Source: a virus
Lineage: Duplodnaviria > Caudoviricetes
Strand: one strand, 5' to 3'
Length of the DNA stretch: 41,072 bases
Virus record (IMG/VR): IMGVR_UViG_3300022930_000012
Location: 1 to 41,072 of that record
This document shows, piece after piece, positions 1-9,491 of the stretch; positions within the stretch are counted from its first letter, which is position 1; the number at the start of each line of letters is the position of its first letter. The position numbers and the translations under genes are program-made. Under the pieces are notes generated by a model. The model was given only the letters and a program-made list of their open reading frames with translations, searched no databases and was not told the DNA's origin.

Positions 1-578
1 TTCATAAAGCATTAACATCACTATCTTCTTATGAAGGTTATGATATTGTACTTTTTGACGTAAACAACACATTATGGCTTACTTCTACTAAATCAGGAGA
101 GTACAAAGGATTCTCTTTGGGTATGTTTCAAAATGGAAAATACACAGGTGCAAATGGAACTGATAGTGCAAGCCAAACAGTTACATTCCAGATTGTAAAC
201 CGTTTAGAGGTTGATTCTTTAATGTCATGGGTAGCTAATGACAAATTAGATTTTACTTATGATGAATTACAAGGCGTAAACGAGGTTAAAATTTCAGTTG
301 ATCCGGTATCAGCAGGAACATCAATTGTTGTTGATGCTTATTTGTTAGACGGCACGCATTCAGTTGACGGCTTATTGTTCGGTAATTTCACGGCTACTAA
401 AAATGGAGTCACAAGTAATCCAACAGTAGCAGTACAGAATCCATCTACAAAGAAATACACACTAACAGTTCCGGCTTTGGTTGCTACTGATGTTGTTACA
501 GTTTCTTTAAACGGGATTATCCTAACTACATTAGGAACTCTTTATAAATCAAACACAGCAACAGCGGTTGTAGTGTAA
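1..578 (+). CDS. Major tail protein, 3' part (5'-truncated by window edge; allele A)
   Basis: Frame open from position 3 (HKALTSLSSYEG...); about 86% aa identical to the C-terminal half of 40090..40992. Confidence 0.8.
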   Translation, partial: HKALTSLSSYEGYDIVLFDVNNTLWLTSTKSGEYKGFSLGMFQNGKYTGANGTDSASQTVTFQIVNRLEVDSLMSWVANDKLDFTYDELQGVNEVKISVDPVSAGTSIVVDAYLLDGTHSVDGLLFGNFTATKNGVTSNPTVAVQNPSTKKYTLTVPALVATDVVTVSLNGIILTTLGTLYKSNTATAVVV

Positions 579-597
579 TGTCTGATTATTAAATATC

Positions 598-629
598 AAA
601 AGCCGTTGCGTTATGTAACGGCTTTTTTT
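598..629 (+). terminator. Rho-independent terminator after major tail gene
   Basis: AAAAGCCGTTGC-gttat-GTAACGGCTTTT followed by T tract. Confidence 0.85.
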
Positions 630-642
630 GTATTTTTACATC

Positions 643-1077
643 ATGGCGATTAGGGTTAAACAGAAGATTAGGAAACTTGAATTGATTCGTGATAATTTAA
701 AAAGCGATACCAATAAAATACTCAATAGGCATAAACGAGAAATAATTGAGCTGAATAAATCGCAAATGATTGATGGTTACGGAAGCGATAATCGTGATTT
801 ATTCAATATATTAAGACAATATGACGGAGTTTATAATCCTGGGTATAAAAAGTCTGGGTTATACAATTTTTACGAAACTGGAGCTTTTATGCGTGGGTTA
901 TTTGCTGAGATTAGAAATAACGAAATATTTGTAGATAGTCGAGGTAAAGGAAGCGGGGATAAATCATTATTCTTTGCAGGGTACACTAATATGTTTGGAT
1001 TGAATAGAGATAGCATGCAAAAATTACGCATAATTATATTACCAGAAAGAAAAGAAGCCTTAAAACGTAGATTATGA
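643..1077 (+). CDS. Putative tail/neck completion protein (HK97 gp10-like position)
   Basis: Basic 144-aa protein between major tail and chaperone genes; ATG at 643 preferred over the start inside the terminator. Confidence 0.45.
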   Translation: MAIRVKQKIRKLELIRDNLKSDTNKILNRHKREIIELNKSQMIDGYGSDNRDLFNILRQYDGVYNPGYKKSGLYNFYETGAFMRGLFAEIRNNEIFVDSRGKGSGDKSLFFAGYTNMFGLNRDSMQKLRIIILPERKEALKRRL

Positions 1078-1715
1078 ATAAAATTTCTGAATTACCAAAT
1101 CACTACGCATCAATTGAAGATTTGACTCTTTATAGATGGGACAAATACACCCAAACCAAAGACAATAATTGGTTTTTAATCGACTACGATGGCAGACAAA
1201 CAAAACTTGATTCAGAAGACTTAAAAGCTGTAGAAAACGATTTGGTTGACCAATATTTCAAAGCTGTTGATGACAGAAGTTTTTCTAATAAAATGCAAAA
1301 ATGGGGTAGGATTGATTTTTTGAAAAGAAAATTCGAAACTTGCCATTTGTTGCTTGATGGATTAACTACGATTATCGGATTCCCAGTAACAAAAGAAACT
1401 TCTGAAATGCGTATTAAGTACGTTTTAGAGCTTAAAAAATGGCGTTTGAATTTTCCTTTGTTGAATAGTTTTTATGATGATACAATCCTTGTAAATGATT
1501 TTAGACAAGCATTAGAAGGAATAGCAACTGAGATTGCATTGATAAGCAAAGAGGTAATAAAAGAGGGTAGAGAAGAAAGCGCATCATTATCTAAACAATT
1601 ACAAATAGCAACAATAACATTATCATACCCATATCGTTTAAATCCAAAAGAAATAACAGTTTCGGAATGGATTGAAATATGCAAATTAGTAGAAGAAAAA
1701 GCTAAACAAAATTAA
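1074..1715 (+). CDS. Putative tail assembly chaperone
   Basis: Directly upstream of tape measure; C-terminal NPKEITVSEW resembles chaperone C-termini. Confidence 0.5.
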   Translation: MNKISELPNHYASIEDLTLYRWDKYTQTKDNNWFLIDYDGRQTKLDSEDLKAVENDLVDQYFKAVDDRSFSNKMQKWGRIDFLKRKFETCHLLLDGLTTIIGFPVTKETSEMRIKYVLELKKWRLNFPLLNSFYDDTILVNDFRQALEGIATEIALISKEVIKEGREESASLSKQLQIATITLSYPYRLNPKEITVSEWIEICKLVEEKAKQN

Positions 1716-1718
1716 TAC

Positions 1719-4700
1719 ATGGCTAATCAGGACGAATTATTTGATTTTAACGAAGAACAAAAACAGCTTCAAAAGCTTATAGATCAGTTCAAACTTCTTG
1801 ACACTACTATAATGAAGGTTTCTGCTGATGCTTTGGCAGCGGGTAGAAACATAAACGCAATAACATTGCCAAGCGATTTAGCTAATTTTACAACTCAAAA
1901 CGCACAATTAACTGCTACAATTCAGGCACAGGCAAGGGAGTTGGCAAGATTACAGGCGCAATACACAACACTAACACAACAACGCCAAAGATCTTCACAA
2001 AGAACTGCTGAAGAATCTGTTAATCAAGGTATATTGAATCGTAATGCTATGGAGGCAGCACGTATTAATTCTACTTTAGCTGGAGCATATACCAGATTAA
2101 GCGCAGAACAAAGCAGGGCGTCAAGATTGTTGCAAGACTTAATCTCACGTGGCAGACTGGCTACGCAAACGCAACGTGAGTATGATAGAGAATTAAGAAT
2201 TGCACAGCGTGAATTTGACACGCTTAATAATCGTGTTCTGGCAGCTGATAGAGCTGTTGGTCGTTTCAATAGGAATGTTGGGAATTATCCAGCACAAGCC
2301 GTAAGAGGTTTAAAAGATTTGCTTTCTGCTTTCGGAATTGTAGGCGGTTTGCAAATGTTTGCTCAGATATCAAAGGATATTTTCGAAACCACCAAAGAGA
2401 TCCAATCAATGGACATGGCTTTAAAACAAGTAACAGGAACGCAAGATTTGTTTAATCAATCTCAAATGTTCTTGTCTCGTGTTTCAGAAGCTTACGGTGC
2501 AGATTTAGGTAAATTAACTCAACAATTTACTCAGTTTTATGTTTCTGCAAAAGATAAGATTAGCGGTAATGAAATTGAAAATATTTTCGAAAGCATTACA
2601 AAAGCTGGCGCAACAATGGGGTTGTCAACTCAGCAACAGGAAAGAGCTTTTATGGCATTGAATCAAATGATGTCTAAAGGAACAATCCAGGCTGAGGAAT
2701 TGCGAGGGCAATTAGGGGAAGCTTTACCAGGATCATTAGGCATTATGGCAAAAGCTGTAGGAGTTACCGAAAAACGTTTGGCTGAAATGATGAAGGCAGG
2801 GCAGTTGCTTGCTTCGGATGTTTTGCCAAAATTTGCCAGACAATTAGAAATAACTTACGGTATTGAAAATGTAAATCGTATAGATACATTGGCGGCTGCA
2901 CAGGGAAGATATACAAATGCATGGCGTGATTTCGTAAGAGGATTAGATGAAGACGGAAACAAACTTTCTAACTTTATGAAAAAAGCCATAGGAGTCGGAG
3001 CTGATTTATTAGTAGGAATTTCAAGAATTGCAGAATCAGACCAACAAACAAGAAACAGAACTTTAAAAGAATTACAAGAATCTGGTTTTAATCAAACAAT
3101 GTCTTATTATAAAAGCTTAGCTGAGTTAAAAAAAGAAGACTTAGAAAACGATAAAGCTTATAATTTACAAAAGGTAAAAGAAGAAACGGCAGAATTTAAT
3201 AGGTTAAAAGGTAGAAATTTAATATTAAAAGCTATTACTCCAGAAACAGCAGGATTCGAAACGCAGCGTGATCCTAAATTAATGGAATCTTATGTCAAAG
3301 GAAATGCTGAATTAGAAGAGAATAAGAAGAAATTAAATGAAATAAACAATTTATTGTCGAGAAGAAAAGGTCAGATAATGGCTGTAAATAAACTTTTAGG
3401 AGATGATAACAAAGCTACAGAAACAAATACAGAACTTACAAAAGCTCAATTAAAATCAATTGAAGACTCTTTAAAAGCCAAATATGACGCAGCTAAAAAA
3501 GAACTTGAATTACGTGTTTTGGTTCAGGAAACTATTTTAAACGGAGAAAATGAAAGTTACGAAAATCAATATGAGGCTTTAGATAAGTTCCTTGATTTAA
3601 AAATGCAAATTATAAAACTTGATTATAATGAACAAGTCCGATTAGCAAAAGGAAATAAAGATAAAATAAGGATAGCGGAAATTGATGCCGAAATGGCAAC
3701 TATTAAACAGTTGCAGGATGGATTCAACAAAACAAAGGCTATTCGTAAAAAACAAAACGATGAATACATTGAGGAAATTAAAAACGTTGAGAAGTTTTTA
3801 AAAGACCATGAAGATGAAAAAACAAGAATAAGAGAAATCTCAGACGAATTTGAGAATGATTTGTTTATGACTGCATGGAAAGCAAGAGAGGAAAAATATG
3901 ACAAGGAACTTGAAAGGCTTAAAGAATTAAAACAGGCTACTTCTGACTATCTTTATACTTTTGGAGATGAATTCATGTCTAATTCTGGGTTTAACGAAAC
4001 CTTTAACACTTTCTTTAAGCAAATAAAAGACGCTAACGGGAAAATGACAACGATGTTTAAGCAACTTATGGAAGGAGCTGACACAACAGCCAAAAAAGCT
4101 GCAGTTGTTTTTACTTCAATTGCTGAATCGGCTCAGGAAATGTATAATTTTATTTCTAATGCTTCACAAGCTAATTTCGATGCAGAAAAAGAAAGATTAC
4201 AATCTCAGTACGATGTTGCTTTTGAGTATGCAAACGGAAATAAAGAGGCAGAGGAAAAACTTGCAAACGATTTAGAAGCAAAGAAAAAAGAAATAGCTAA
4301 TCGTGAGGCAAAAGCGAAGAAACAACAGGCAATATTTAACATCGCTATTGATACGGCTCAGGCTATTGTTGCTGTTTTACCTAACTTTGTATTAGCCGGA
4401 TTAGTTGCTGCTTTAGGAGCGGTTCAAATAGCTATGGTTTCAAGTCAAAAAATACCTCAATATTTTAAAGGCGGCGTGCATGATGGCGGGTTGATGATGG
4501 TAAATGATGCTCCTGGTAATAATTTCAAAGAAACAATTGTATTTCCTAATGGTGGTATTGCACAACCAGAAGGCCGTAATGTTTTAATGAACGCACCTGC
4601 AGGGACTAAAATACACACTCCTGACCAATGGGATAAAATACAACAAGAGAAAGAACTATTCAATATGTTACAACCTCGTGGTATTTTTATGAACTCTCAA

Positions 4701-4883
4701 CAAGCACAATCTGGTTTTGATTATGAGGCAATGGATGGTATAATGAATAAGTATTTAGGGAATGTTACCGTTGAGCAGACATTAATGGATAAAAGAGGAT
4801 TTAGAACATTTATTAAGAACTCAGGAAGTAGTACTGAAGTAAACAGAAATTTCGCATCATCAAAAGGTTACAAATTCAAATAA
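1719..4883 (+). CDS. Tail tape measure protein
   Basis: 1054 aa coiled-coil with tape-measure motif QMMSKGTIQAEELRGQLGEALPG. Confidence 0.93.
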   Translation: MANQDELFDFNEEQKQLQKLIDQFKLLDTTIMKVSADALAAGRNINAITLPSDLANFTTQNAQLTATIQAQARELARLQAQYTTLTQQRQRSSQRTAEESVNQGILNRNAMEAARINSTLAGAYTRLSAEQSRASRLLQDLISRGRLATQTQREYDRELRIAQREFDTLNNRVLAADRAVGRFNRNVGNYPAQAVRGLKDLLSAFGIVGGLQMFAQISKDIFETTKEIQSMDMALKQVTGTQDLFNQSQMFLSRVSEAYGADLGKLTQQFTQFYVSAKDKISGNEIENIFESITKAGATMGLSTQQQERAFMALNQMMSKGTIQAEELRGQLGEALPGSLGIMAKAVGVTEKRLAEMMKAGQLLASDVLPKFARQLEITYGIENVNRIDTLAAAQGRYTNAWRDFVRGLDEDGNKLSNFMKKAIGVGADLLVGISRIAESDQQTRNRTLKELQESGFNQTMSYYKSLAELKKEDLENDKAYNLQKVKEETAEFNRLKGRNLILKAITPETAGFETQRDPKLMESYVKGNAELEENKKKLNEINNLLSRRKGQIMAVNKLLGDDNKATETNTELTKAQLKSIEDSLKAKYDAAKKELELRVLVQETILNGENESYENQYEALDKFLDLKMQIIKLDYNEQVRLAKGNKDKIRIAEIDAEMATIKQLQDGFNKTKAIRKKQNDEYIEEIKNVEKFLKDHEDEKTRIREISDEFENDLFMTAWKAREEKYDKELERLKELKQATSDYLYTFGDEFMSNSGFNETFNTFFKQIKDANGKMTTMFKQLMEGADTTAKKAAVVFTSIAESAQEMYNFISNASQANFDAEKERLQSQYDVAFEYANGNKEAEEKLANDLEAKKKEIANREAKAKKQQAIFNIAIDTAQAIVAVLPNFVLAGLVAALGAVQIAMVSSQKIPQYFKGGVHDGGLMMVNDAPGNNFKETIVFPNGGIAQPEGRNVLMNAPAGTKIHTPDQWDKIQQEKELFNMLQPRGIFMNSQQAQSGFDYEAMDGIMNKYLGNVTVEQTLMDKRGFRTFIKNSGSSTEVNRNFASSKGYKFK

Positions 4884-4885
4884 TC

Positions 4886-7498
4886 ATGGCAGGAGAAAAA
4901 TTTTACTTCATTTTTTCAGAAGAACCAAATACTAAATATTGGATTGACGAGCCAGAAGGATATTCTGAAGTAGATTTTGTTTTAGAGCAGAAAGAAAACA
5001 GAATGGGGCGTGATGAATCTTTAAACGGTGGAGAGAATCGTTTTAAATTCACAGACTATAGAAATCATTATTTAGATAAATTACTTTTTTATTATCATAG
5101 TAGAGGTTTTGAAGCTGAAATAATTTTAGGAATAGTTACTTTATTAGACAATGTTTATGAATCTGAATTGCATTTTGTTGATGTGGAAACGGATGAATTG
5201 ACTTATTTGTCATGTCGAACAATATCAAAAAACAGCCAACAGTTGATTAAATCACGCATAGAAACAAAAGTAGATATGTTTTCGTCTGTGGATATTGACG
5301 GGAACTACATTGAGCCGTTAGTTCCTTCAAATATGCTTCAGCAAACAAAACCGACAATTCAAATATCTGAATGGGAGCAAACTGTTGACTATTCACAGAA
5401 TTTATTGGCGAGTGGTTCGGATGTAGAGGTTCGTTACCAGGTAAATCCGGTTCAAAATCTAGTTAAGAGTGGGATTCAGGACACATATACTTTTTTTACA
5501 GATACGGAATCAAAAAGGAGAGAGCCGTTTTTAGACAGTTCTTTCAAATTGTTTCAAGCAGATTCTAATTTGATAAATGTAAAAATATCGGTTAAATCAT
5601 TAAATTTAAAGTTTACTACAGATGTAGACAACAACGGTAACGGTTATGTAAATTTCAAACTAAAAGTTTTCAAAGGAAGTATTTTTTTGGATGCAGAAGA
5701 ATATTCATTGTTATCCACTTTTAATACCGAAAATCAGTTTTATTCTTTCATGGGGGATTTGTCCGATTTGAATATAGGTACTGTTTATCGTAATGAATCG
5801 GTATGGATGTTTTTTGAAGTTAATACTGTTCAATCAACAAATGTTGTTATAGGAGGGACACCAAGGTTTGAAGTATTTACCGATATATACAAAGGAACAA
5901 AAATAACGGCTTCTGCCGAATCATTATCTTATAATTCAATAATACCTACATTTCGTTTAATTGATGTGATGAGACAAGTTTTAAGAAGCATTTCAGGAAA
6001 TCCAGTATTATCGCAACGCTATGATTTTGCAGGGGAGTTGTATGACAATGTTTTGTTCAATGGTAATCTAATGCGAGGCGAAACTGACAAACCTTTTTAC
6101 GTTTCTTTGGATGATATAGAAAAATCAATTTGGGGAGAAAATAAAGGAGATACCGAAATACAGGAAGACGGGTCTGTTTTTGTTGGAATTGAAAAGGATT
6201 TCTACACCAATATTGAGTGTGGTTTTTTTGACAATGTTCAGTTTGAGGACATGGCAAAAAATACCAATCCAAAATATGCGTTGAATGAGTTTAAATTTAA
6301 GTATAGCAAATACCAATCACTAAAAGAGGAAACTCAGCCTAATTCAGAAAGCACAATTCATGGAGAAAGCATTTGGACTTTTTTCAATAAACGAGCTACG
6401 AATAAATTAGAAGCAAATGTAGAATGGGTTCGTGATGCAATATTAATAGATGCTCAACAAAGATTATCAACTAAAATAAGCGACAATACAGCCACTCAGG
6501 ATGATGACACTATATTTTGTGTTGATGTTTTACCTACTGAAAACGATCAGAAATTTACAGAAACTACAAAGTTACAGCACACTTATTCAGACCCTACATT
6601 AACACTAAGAAGTAACGGGGAGGTTAATTTTTTAACGCTTGGAATTAAGCCATTAACGACTGTAATAATAGAAGAGCCAAACATAAATGCAGGAACCTAC
6701 ACGGTACAATCTGTTTTACAGACAGAACTTGTGTTGGTTGGTGGCGTAGGATTGAATCCAATAAATGATGGTTTAAAAATAACCAGGTACACGTATGAGA
6801 TAAAAAAAGAAACAATTCCTTTAACGAATAGAACAGATGAAGGAATTACAGCTATTAGTAATTTGATTTCGCCTGATAAGTACAGTAATTTGCGCTATAG
6901 TATCAAAAGAAACATTTTAAATTATTGGAATAGCACACTAGCAACGGCTAATCTATTCTGGAAAGAAAACCCATTACGAAGCACGTATTACAAAAACAAC
7001 GGTAAGTGTAGCACAACATATTCCGGATTAACTGTAGTTGAAAACGAACCTTTTGTGCCTACTGACCCTATTGTCTCGCCTTACATTTACAACGATCTGA
7101 CTTTTGCGAACGTTGATTTTGATGATTATATTATATTGCGAAATAATATTAAAAAAGACCGTGGTTATGTCCGTGCTATTAATAAAAATATGCGTGTAAT
7201 AAAAGTCTACCCTCAAAAAGTAACTTATGTAAATGCGGAAAAGAAATTGGTTATTTCAGGAGAGGAAAAATTCGAAAAGGCTTATTTGACTATTTCAAAT
7301 GAGGGCGGTATTATACTTGTGAATAACGAAACTAGTTTGATTAGATTCGATTATAGCATAGAAAATAATGAGGTTTCATTGTTTGACAAAGAGCGATTTA
7401 GGTTGTATAATCCTGTTTTCTGGGATAAAGTAACAATTAATGGAGCGAATGCAGAAACGATTGAGCAATTAATTTCGTGGTTGGATTTGCTTAGTTAG
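4886..7498 (+). CDS. Tail tip/hub structural protein
   Basis: 870 aa beta-rich protein immediately after tape measure. Confidence 0.65.
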   Translation: MAGEKFYFIFSEEPNTKYWIDEPEGYSEVDFVLEQKENRMGRDESLNGGENRFKFTDYRNHYLDKLLFYYHSRGFEAEIILGIVTLLDNVYESELHFVDVETDELTYLSCRTISKNSQQLIKSRIETKVDMFSSVDIDGNYIEPLVPSNMLQQTKPTIQISEWEQTVDYSQNLLASGSDVEVRYQVNPVQNLVKSGIQDTYTFFTDTESKRREPFLDSSFKLFQADSNLINVKISVKSLNLKFTTDVDNNGNGYVNFKLKVFKGSIFLDAEEYSLLSTFNTENQFYSFMGDLSDLNIGTVYRNESVWMFFEVNTVQSTNVVIGGTPRFEVFTDIYKGTKITASAESLSYNSIIPTFRLIDVMRQVLRSISGNPVLSQRYDFAGELYDNVLFNGNLMRGETDKPFYVSLDDIEKSIWGENKGDTEIQEDGSVFVGIEKDFYTNIECGFFDNVQFEDMAKNTNPKYALNEFKFKYSKYQSLKEETQPNSESTIHGESIWTFFNKRATNKLEANVEWVRDAILIDAQQRLSTKISDNTATQDDDTIFCVDVLPTENDQKFTETTKLQHTYSDPTLTLRSNGEVNFLTLGIKPLTTVIIEEPNINAGTYTVQSVLQTELVLVGGVGLNPINDGLKITRYTYEIKKETIPLTNRTDEGITAISNLISPDKYSNLRYSIKRNILNYWNSTLATANLFWKENPLRSTYYKNNGKCSTTYSGLTVVENEPFVPTDPIVSPYIYNDLTFANVDFDDYIILRNNIKKDRGYVRAINKNMRVIKVYPQKVTYVNAEKKLVISGEEKFEKAYLTISNEGGIILVNNETSLIRFDYSIENNEVSLFDKERFRLYNPVFWDKVTINGANAETIEQLISWLDLLS

Positions 7499-7508
7499 AA
7501 ATAATTAC

Positions 7509-7516
7509 TATATTTG
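7509..7516 (+). promoter_or_regulatory. Bacteroidota -7 promoter element
   Basis: TATATTTG matches TAnnTTTG, TTTG upstream near 7486. Confidence 0.7.
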
Positions 7517-7520
7517 TTGT

Positions 7521-7578
7521 TCGCTACAACTAAAAACATATTAAAACGTCATTCTTTGTAGCGAGGGGTGGCGTTTTT
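7521..7578 (+). promoter_or_regulatory. Structured leader: terminator-like hairpin whose loop pairs with the 5' end
   Basis: Stem 7543-7555/7565-7577; loop TTGTAGCGA is the reverse complement of TCGCTACAA at 7521-7529. Confidence 0.65.
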
Positions 7579-7595
7579 ATTTTAAATTATTTATT

Positions 7596-8009
7596 ATGAA
7601 AAAATTATTATTATCATTGGCAATTGCATTTTCTTTAACTTCATGTTGGGATTTCAACAGAGAACAAGATTACAAAGATGCGGAAAACAAAGGTAAGTCA
7701 GTTTTAATTCAAGCAGAAAGCGAAAAAAAAGCAATGATTGAAGAGGCTAAAGCCAATTATGAATCTGCAAAACTTAACGCTCAAACTAAGGTTGAAAAAG
7801 CAAAAGCCGATGCAGACGCTAAATTAATTTCTGCTAAAGCAGAAGCATCAGCAAGATTGATGAATGCAGAAAGTCAAGCAAAAGCAAATAAAATGCTAGA
7901 TGAATCTATTACTCCTAAAATTTTGGAATTTAATAAAATCAATCGTTGGAACGGAAAGTTGCCTACAACTACTTTAGGAAGTCAAGGTTCAATCATAAAC
8001 TTAAAATAA
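7596..8009 (+). CDS. Lipoprotein with coiled coil and SPFH/prohibitin-like C-terminus
   Basis: Lipobox LTSC; Ala/Glu/Lys coiled coil; ANKMLDESITPKILEFNKINRWNGKLP tail. Confidence 0.6.
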   Translation: MKKLLLSLAIAFSLTSCWDFNREQDYKDAENKGKSVLIQAESEKKAMIEEAKANYESAKLNAQTKVEKAKADADAKLISAKAEASARLMNAESQAKANKMLDESITPKILEFNKINRWNGKLPTTTLGSQGSIINLK

Positions 8010-8104
8010 TGAGAATGACTTTGTTTTTTGTGGTTGGGATACCGCTCGCTATTTTATTGTATTTTTATGTTTTTAAAGATATAATAGATAATTTTAAAAA
8101 ATAA
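8009..8104 (+). CDS. 31-aa single-TM peptide (not in ORF track)
   Basis: TAATG coupling; MRMTLFFVVGIPLAILLYFYVFKDIIDNFKK. Confidence 0.55.
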   Translation: MRMTLFFVVGIPLAILLYFYVFKDIIDNFKK

Positions 8105-8136
8105 TCGTGTGAATATGCACGATACATACAATAACT

Positions 8137-8165
8137 AAAGCACCTTTTAACCGAGGTGCTTTTTT
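8137..8165 (+). terminator. Rho-independent terminator
   Basis: AAAGCACCT...AGGTGCTTT plus T tract. Confidence 0.8.
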
Positions 8166-8194
8166 AATTTAAATAGCCACTAAAAACAATTATT

Positions 8195-8527
8195 ATGAAA
8201 ATTAAAGGAAAATTCAAGAAGGATTTCGAAAATTATCTGTTGAAAAATGATTTAATGTCTCCTTGGGAATATCAAGTCTTTGAAAAACTTTCTGAGATAG
8301 TAAAATTAGCTTATATTATAGGTTTTTTAGATTCTAAAGGCTTGTATATAAATACTTTTTCAGTTTGTCTTATTTATACTTCTTTTGGTTATAATATTAG
8401 ATTTAAAGATATAGAAAAGCCAGAAATTGAATCTGATGAAAATGAATTTGACACTAGAAGTTTAGCTACAAAAGATGCTATTTCAAAAGCGCAAGAAATT
8501 TATAACTCAAATAAAATAGCAATATGA
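8195..8527 (+). CDS. Hypothetical phage protein
   Basis: ORF with A-rich leader. Confidence 0.65.
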   Translation: MKIKGKFKKDFENYLLKNDLMSPWEYQVFEKLSEIVKLAYIIGFLDSKGLYINTFSVCLIYTSFGYNIRFKDIEKPEIESDENEFDTRSLATKDAISKAQEIYNSNKIAI

Positions 8528-8847
8528 AACCAACCTTAAACGAAGAAATAAAAATGAGTGCAAAAGGAGTTGATTATGTTGATTCGCTTGTGCCAACTGA
8601 CAAGGATTGTATTAACGCAATCAAATATCAAATCGATGATGAATATATAAGGGCGGGTGAAAAAGGAATTTATGCTAAAGACGAAAAAGGCAAATTTTTT
8701 TTGTTAAGAAAAGAAATGTTCACTAATGACCCGCATTTAAAACCAAAGAAACAAAAATATAATATCCTACCATTAATAATATTTACATTCATGGTAATTT
8801 CAATCGTGCTTTGGATAATAGCAATAATTAAAATTAGTGAGTTATGA
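8524..8847 (+). CDS. Hypothetical protein with C-terminal TM helix
   Basis: ATGA-type overlaps; hydrophobic C-terminus. Confidence 0.65.
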   Translation: MKPTLNEEIKMSAKGVDYVDSLVPTDKDCINAIKYQIDDEYIRAGEKGIYAKDEKGKFFLLRKEMFTNDPHLKPKKQKYNILPLIIFTFMVISIVLWIIAIIKISEL

Positions 8848-9032
8848 AAAAAGAATGTAATTGCGGAACACTAAAAAAGTGTGTTAAAGCTGAAATGATT
8901 ATTCCTGACAAACCATTTATATTACCTACGTTTAAACAAGTTAATTTTTACAAGTGCTTTGAATGTAATGAAGAATATTATTTTAATTCAAACGATTTAA
9001 AACAACAACAAAAACAAGCTAAAGAACAGTAG
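8844..9032 (+). CDS. Small zinc-ribbon-like protein
   Basis: CNCG...CFEC motif. Confidence 0.55.
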   Translation: MKKECNCGTLKKCVKAEMIIPDKPFILPTFKQVNFYKCFECNEEYYFNSNDLKQQQKQAKEQ

Positions 9033-9033
9033 T

Positions 9034-9195
9034 ATGGAAGATTGTAAATGTAAACCAATTGTAGAAAGTAGTTTTACTACGTGCCATGTAGAAAGGAGAT
9101 TATACAAAAGAACATTAGTATATCATCCTTCAAACAGTAAGAAAGGATTTCCAATAAAAGGAACTAACTTAAGAGTTTCTTTTGAATATATTTAA
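9034..9195 (+). CDS. 53-aa hypothetical protein (not in ORF track)
   Basis: MEDCKCKPIVES..., tightly packed in the operon. Confidence 0.5.
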   Translation: MEDCKCKPIVESSFTTCHVERRLYKRTLVYHPSNSKKGFPIKGTNLRVSFEYI

Positions 9196-9199
9196 AATT

Positions 9200-9361
9200 A
9201 TGGAAAAATATCAAAAATGGATTTCAATATTTACATCTTGCCTAATTGGATCAGGATTTGGTAGCGTTATAAGTGGCAAACCATTTAATAACTATTTATT
9301 ATCTATTATATTATTTTTAATAGTAATTAATTTAGCTGTTGTAAACGCTAATAAAAAATAA
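9200..9361 (+). CDS. 53-aa membrane protein (not in ORF track)
   Basis: MEKYQKWISIFTSCLIGSGFG...LLSIILFLIVINLAVV; two hydrophobic segments. Confidence 0.55.
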   Translation: MEKYQKWISIFTSCLIGSGFGSVISGKPFNNYLLSIILFLIVINLAVVNANKK

Positions 9362-9367
9362 TTTATC

Positions 9368-9395
9368 AAACCTACACTAATAATGTAGGTTTTTT
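9368..9395 (+). terminator. Rho-independent terminator
   Basis: AAACCTACA-ctaataa-TGTAGGTTT plus T tract. Confidence 0.8.
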
Positions 9396-9399
9396 GTTT

Positions 9400-9407
9400 T
9401 ATATTTG
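9400..9407 (+). promoter_or_regulatory. Bacteroidota -7 promoter for tRNA
   Basis: TATATTTG 10 nt upstream of tRNA. Confidence 0.7.
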
Positions 9408-9417
9408 CTTTGATATT

Positions 9418-9491
9418 GGTCTTTTAACTCAGTTGGTTAGAGTAGCGCACTCATAATGCGTTTGTCGGAGGTTCGAGTCCTTCAAAGTCCA
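9418..9491 (+). tRNA. tRNA with CAT anticodon (elongator Met or Ile2); CCA not encoded
   Basis: Cloverleaf: GGTCTTT/AAAGTCC acceptor (one T:T mismatch), ACTC/GAGT D stem, GCGCA/TGCGT anticodon stem with CTCATAA loop, GGAGG-TTCGAGT-CCTTC T arm. Confidence 0.9.

Larger units (their letters stand above)
1..657 (+). repeat. Terminal direct repeat, copy 1 (matches 40415..41072; exact for 127 bp, then diverged)
   Basis: Direct sequence comparison. Confidence 0.95.

Noticed and set aside
128-578. Diverged repeat as a DGR template/variable repeat pair
   Set aside because: Differences are not adenine-specific, many are synonymous, and no reverse transcriptase is present
1074-1719. Programmed frameshift in tail chaperone
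   Set aside because: A single ORF runs to the tape measure start; no second frame needs to be reached
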